A stretch of 64,000 nucleotides of DNA from an uncultured beta proteobacterium (GTDB lineage Bacteria > Pseudomonadota > Gammaproteobacteria > Burkholderiales > Casimicrobiaceae), in NCBI GenBank assembly GCA_963741355.1, contig CAVUIG010000017.1, positions 10,022-74,021 of the forward strand. Reading direction: 5' to 3'. Positions 62,445 through 64,000 of this stretch are shown here, piece after piece. A program made the position numbers and the translations under genes. Below the pieces are notes generated by a model. The model was not told where the DNA came from, ran no database searches, and worked only from the letters and a program-made list of their open reading frames with translations. Numbering within the stretch: the stretch's first letter is position 1; every line of letters begins with the position of its first letter.

Positions 62445-63548
62445 TCAGCCCAGCACGCGCAGGCATGAAGGCGGCAGGCCCACGCTGACCTGCGCGCCCG
62501 GCGCGAAGCCGCCCGCGTCGACCGCCTGGCGCGGAACGTTCGCGGTCAGCGGCGGGACGCCGGCGACGTCCGGCGCGAGGCCGACGAGGCAGAATGCGCC
62601 CAGGAACTCGACCTTCGTCACCTTCGCCGACAGCGCATTGGGTCCGCTCGCGACGGCGCCGCCCACATGGACGGCGATGTCCTCGGGCCGCAGGTAGAGC
62701 CTCGCCGCTCCGCCCGCCGGCGATATCGGTGCGCACGACCATCGAGCGTGAGCTCGCCGACGCGGAAGCTGGCCGCGTCGTCGGCGATCGCCGGCAGCAC
62801 GTTGATCTTGCCGATGAAATCGGCGGCGAACGGCGTCGCGGGCCGTCTCGTAGATCTCGCGCGGCGTGCCGACCTGCTCGATCCGACCACTGGTTCATCA
62901 CGACGATGCGGTCGGCCATCGACAGCGCTTCCTCCTGGTCATGCGTCACCAGGATCGTCGTCACGCCCAGCCGCTGCTGCAGCGCGCGGATCTCGCCGCG
63001 CAGCCGCAGCGCGCTCGAGCGCGTCGAGCGCCGACAGCGGCTCGTCGAGCAGCAGGAGGCCCGGGCGAGGTCGCGAGCGCGCGGGCGAGCGCGATCCGCT
63101 GCTGCTGTCCGCCGGAAAGCTGGCCGGGATATTTCGCGCCGCTGTCGGGCAGGCCCACGAGCGGCAGGAGCTCGGCGACGCGTGCGCGTGATCTCGGCGC
63201 GCCCCTTGCGCCGGTTGACGAGGCCGTAGGCGACGTTGTCGGAGATCGTGAGGTTCGGGAAGAGCGCGTAGGACTGGAACACGATGCCGTAGTCGCGCCG
63301 GATCGCCGGCAGCCGCGAAATGTCCTTGCCGCCCTGCACGAGCGTGCCGGCGTCCTGCGTCTCGAGGCCGGCGATGATCCGCAGCAGCGTGGTCTTGCCG
63401 CACCCGGAAGGCCCCAGAAACGTGACCAGCTCTCCGCGACTGCACCGCGAGCGCGACTCCGCTCAAGCGCCTGGAACTGCCGAAGCTCTTGCTGATGCCG
63501 TCGAGCTTCGAGGTACGGCTCGGCATTACCGTTGAGGCTGGCCTGCAC
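62445..63548 (-). pseudogene. phnT: ABC transporter ATP-binding protein (PhnT / Fe(III)-spermidine type), at least 6 frame disruptions
   Basis: The motifs are scattered over three frames: [10 protein letters not shown]; [16 protein letters not shown]-like (garbled in ORF 62939..63526 and ORF 62961..63548); [24 protein letters not shown]; [16 protein letters not shown]; [12 protein letters not shown]; [20 protein letters not shown]. The C-terminal regulatory domain ends at 62445. Confidence 0.7.
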
Positions 63549-63637
63549 GAGTTCCGAAGCTCCCTCGGCTCGCAGGGCGCGCCGCGCCCCGAAACGCGCC
63601 CCGCTCGGAGGCGGGGCGCGTTCGAAACATCAACCGG

Positions 63638-64000
63638 TTATTTCGGCTCCGACTTCCCGTCGTAGCGCTTCGTCCACTCGGCGAGGATCTTGTCGCGGTT
63701 TTTCGCGGACCACGCGAAGTCGTTCTTCACCAGCCGCTTCTCGTAATCCGCGGGCACGTAGTCGAGCGGCTTCGCCATGCCCGGCATCGCCAGCACCGCG
63801 AAATTCTTCGCGAAGAGCTCCATCGCGGCGGGCGTCGGCGAGCCAGTCCATCAGCGCGCGGCGCCGCCTCGACCTTCTTCGTGTTCTTCATGATGCCGGA
63901 CGGCCTCGAGGTCCCAGCCCAGGCCCTCGGTCGGGAAGATGATGTCGATCGGCGCACCCGACTTCTTGGTCGTTACCGCGCGGTATTCGAACGACACGCC
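63638..64000 (-). CDS. phnS: periplasmic substrate-binding protein of the phn/Fe(III)-type ABC transporter, C-terminal part (gene continues beyond the window end; at least 1 frameshift)
   Basis: ORF 63638..63823 gives MELFAKNFAVLAMPGMAKPLDYVPADYEKRLVKNDFAWSAKNRDKILAEWTKRYDGKSEPK*. Upstream text in other frames (APIDIIFPTEGLGWDLE, IMKNTKKVEAA) fits an SBP. The PhnS assignment rests on gene context with phnW. Confidence 0.55.

Overview
This is a GC-rich (roughly 65-70% by eye), gene-dense proteobacterial chromosomal segment. All family assignments come from reading the translations and motifs by eye; no searches or folding programs were run. The backbone is housekeeping, in gene orders typical of Beta-/Gammaproteobacteria: ppsA/ppsR, pyrG-kdsA-eno-ftsB, gltX, oxyR-galU, smc-zipA-ligA, rlmB, metC, gntK, folD, tRNA-Val(CAC) and tRNA-Thr(CGU).

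Accessory content:
- An operon encoding a circularly permuted ATP-grasp protein, an alpha-E protein, Anbu (a proteasome-like protease) and a ~1100-aa transglutaminase/DUF2126 protein, lying directly upstream of gltX.
- Two divergent Dpp/Opp-type peptide ABC operons, one with an embedded M20 amidohydrolase.
- A Liv-type ABC transporter with a fused permease, preceded by a CXXCH periplasmic protein.
- A gamma-glutamylation-type amine/amino-alcohol catabolic cluster (GS-like ligase, GNAT, Fe-ADH, PuuD-like hydrolase, ALDH).
- A 2-aminoethylphosphonate (phnS/T/permease/W) cluster.

Non-genic signals:
- A 282-bp MITE-like element with 31-nt terminal inverted repeats and a TA duplication, wedged between the ligA stop and the galU start.
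- A 13-nt exact copy of the tRNA-Thr 3' end 1.1 kb downstream of that tRNA. It is followed by a visibly lower-GC stretch of small hypothetical genes, one of them DUF3892-like.
- Two strong palindromes upstream of the ATP-grasp operon.

The most striking global property is about 50 reading-frame disruptions, very unevenly distributed. Essential genes such as eno, ligA and smc carry one each. Several accessory operons carry 4-6 per gene. About 25 kb of other genes are intact. No CRISPR array, rRNA, integrase or transposase gene was recognised.
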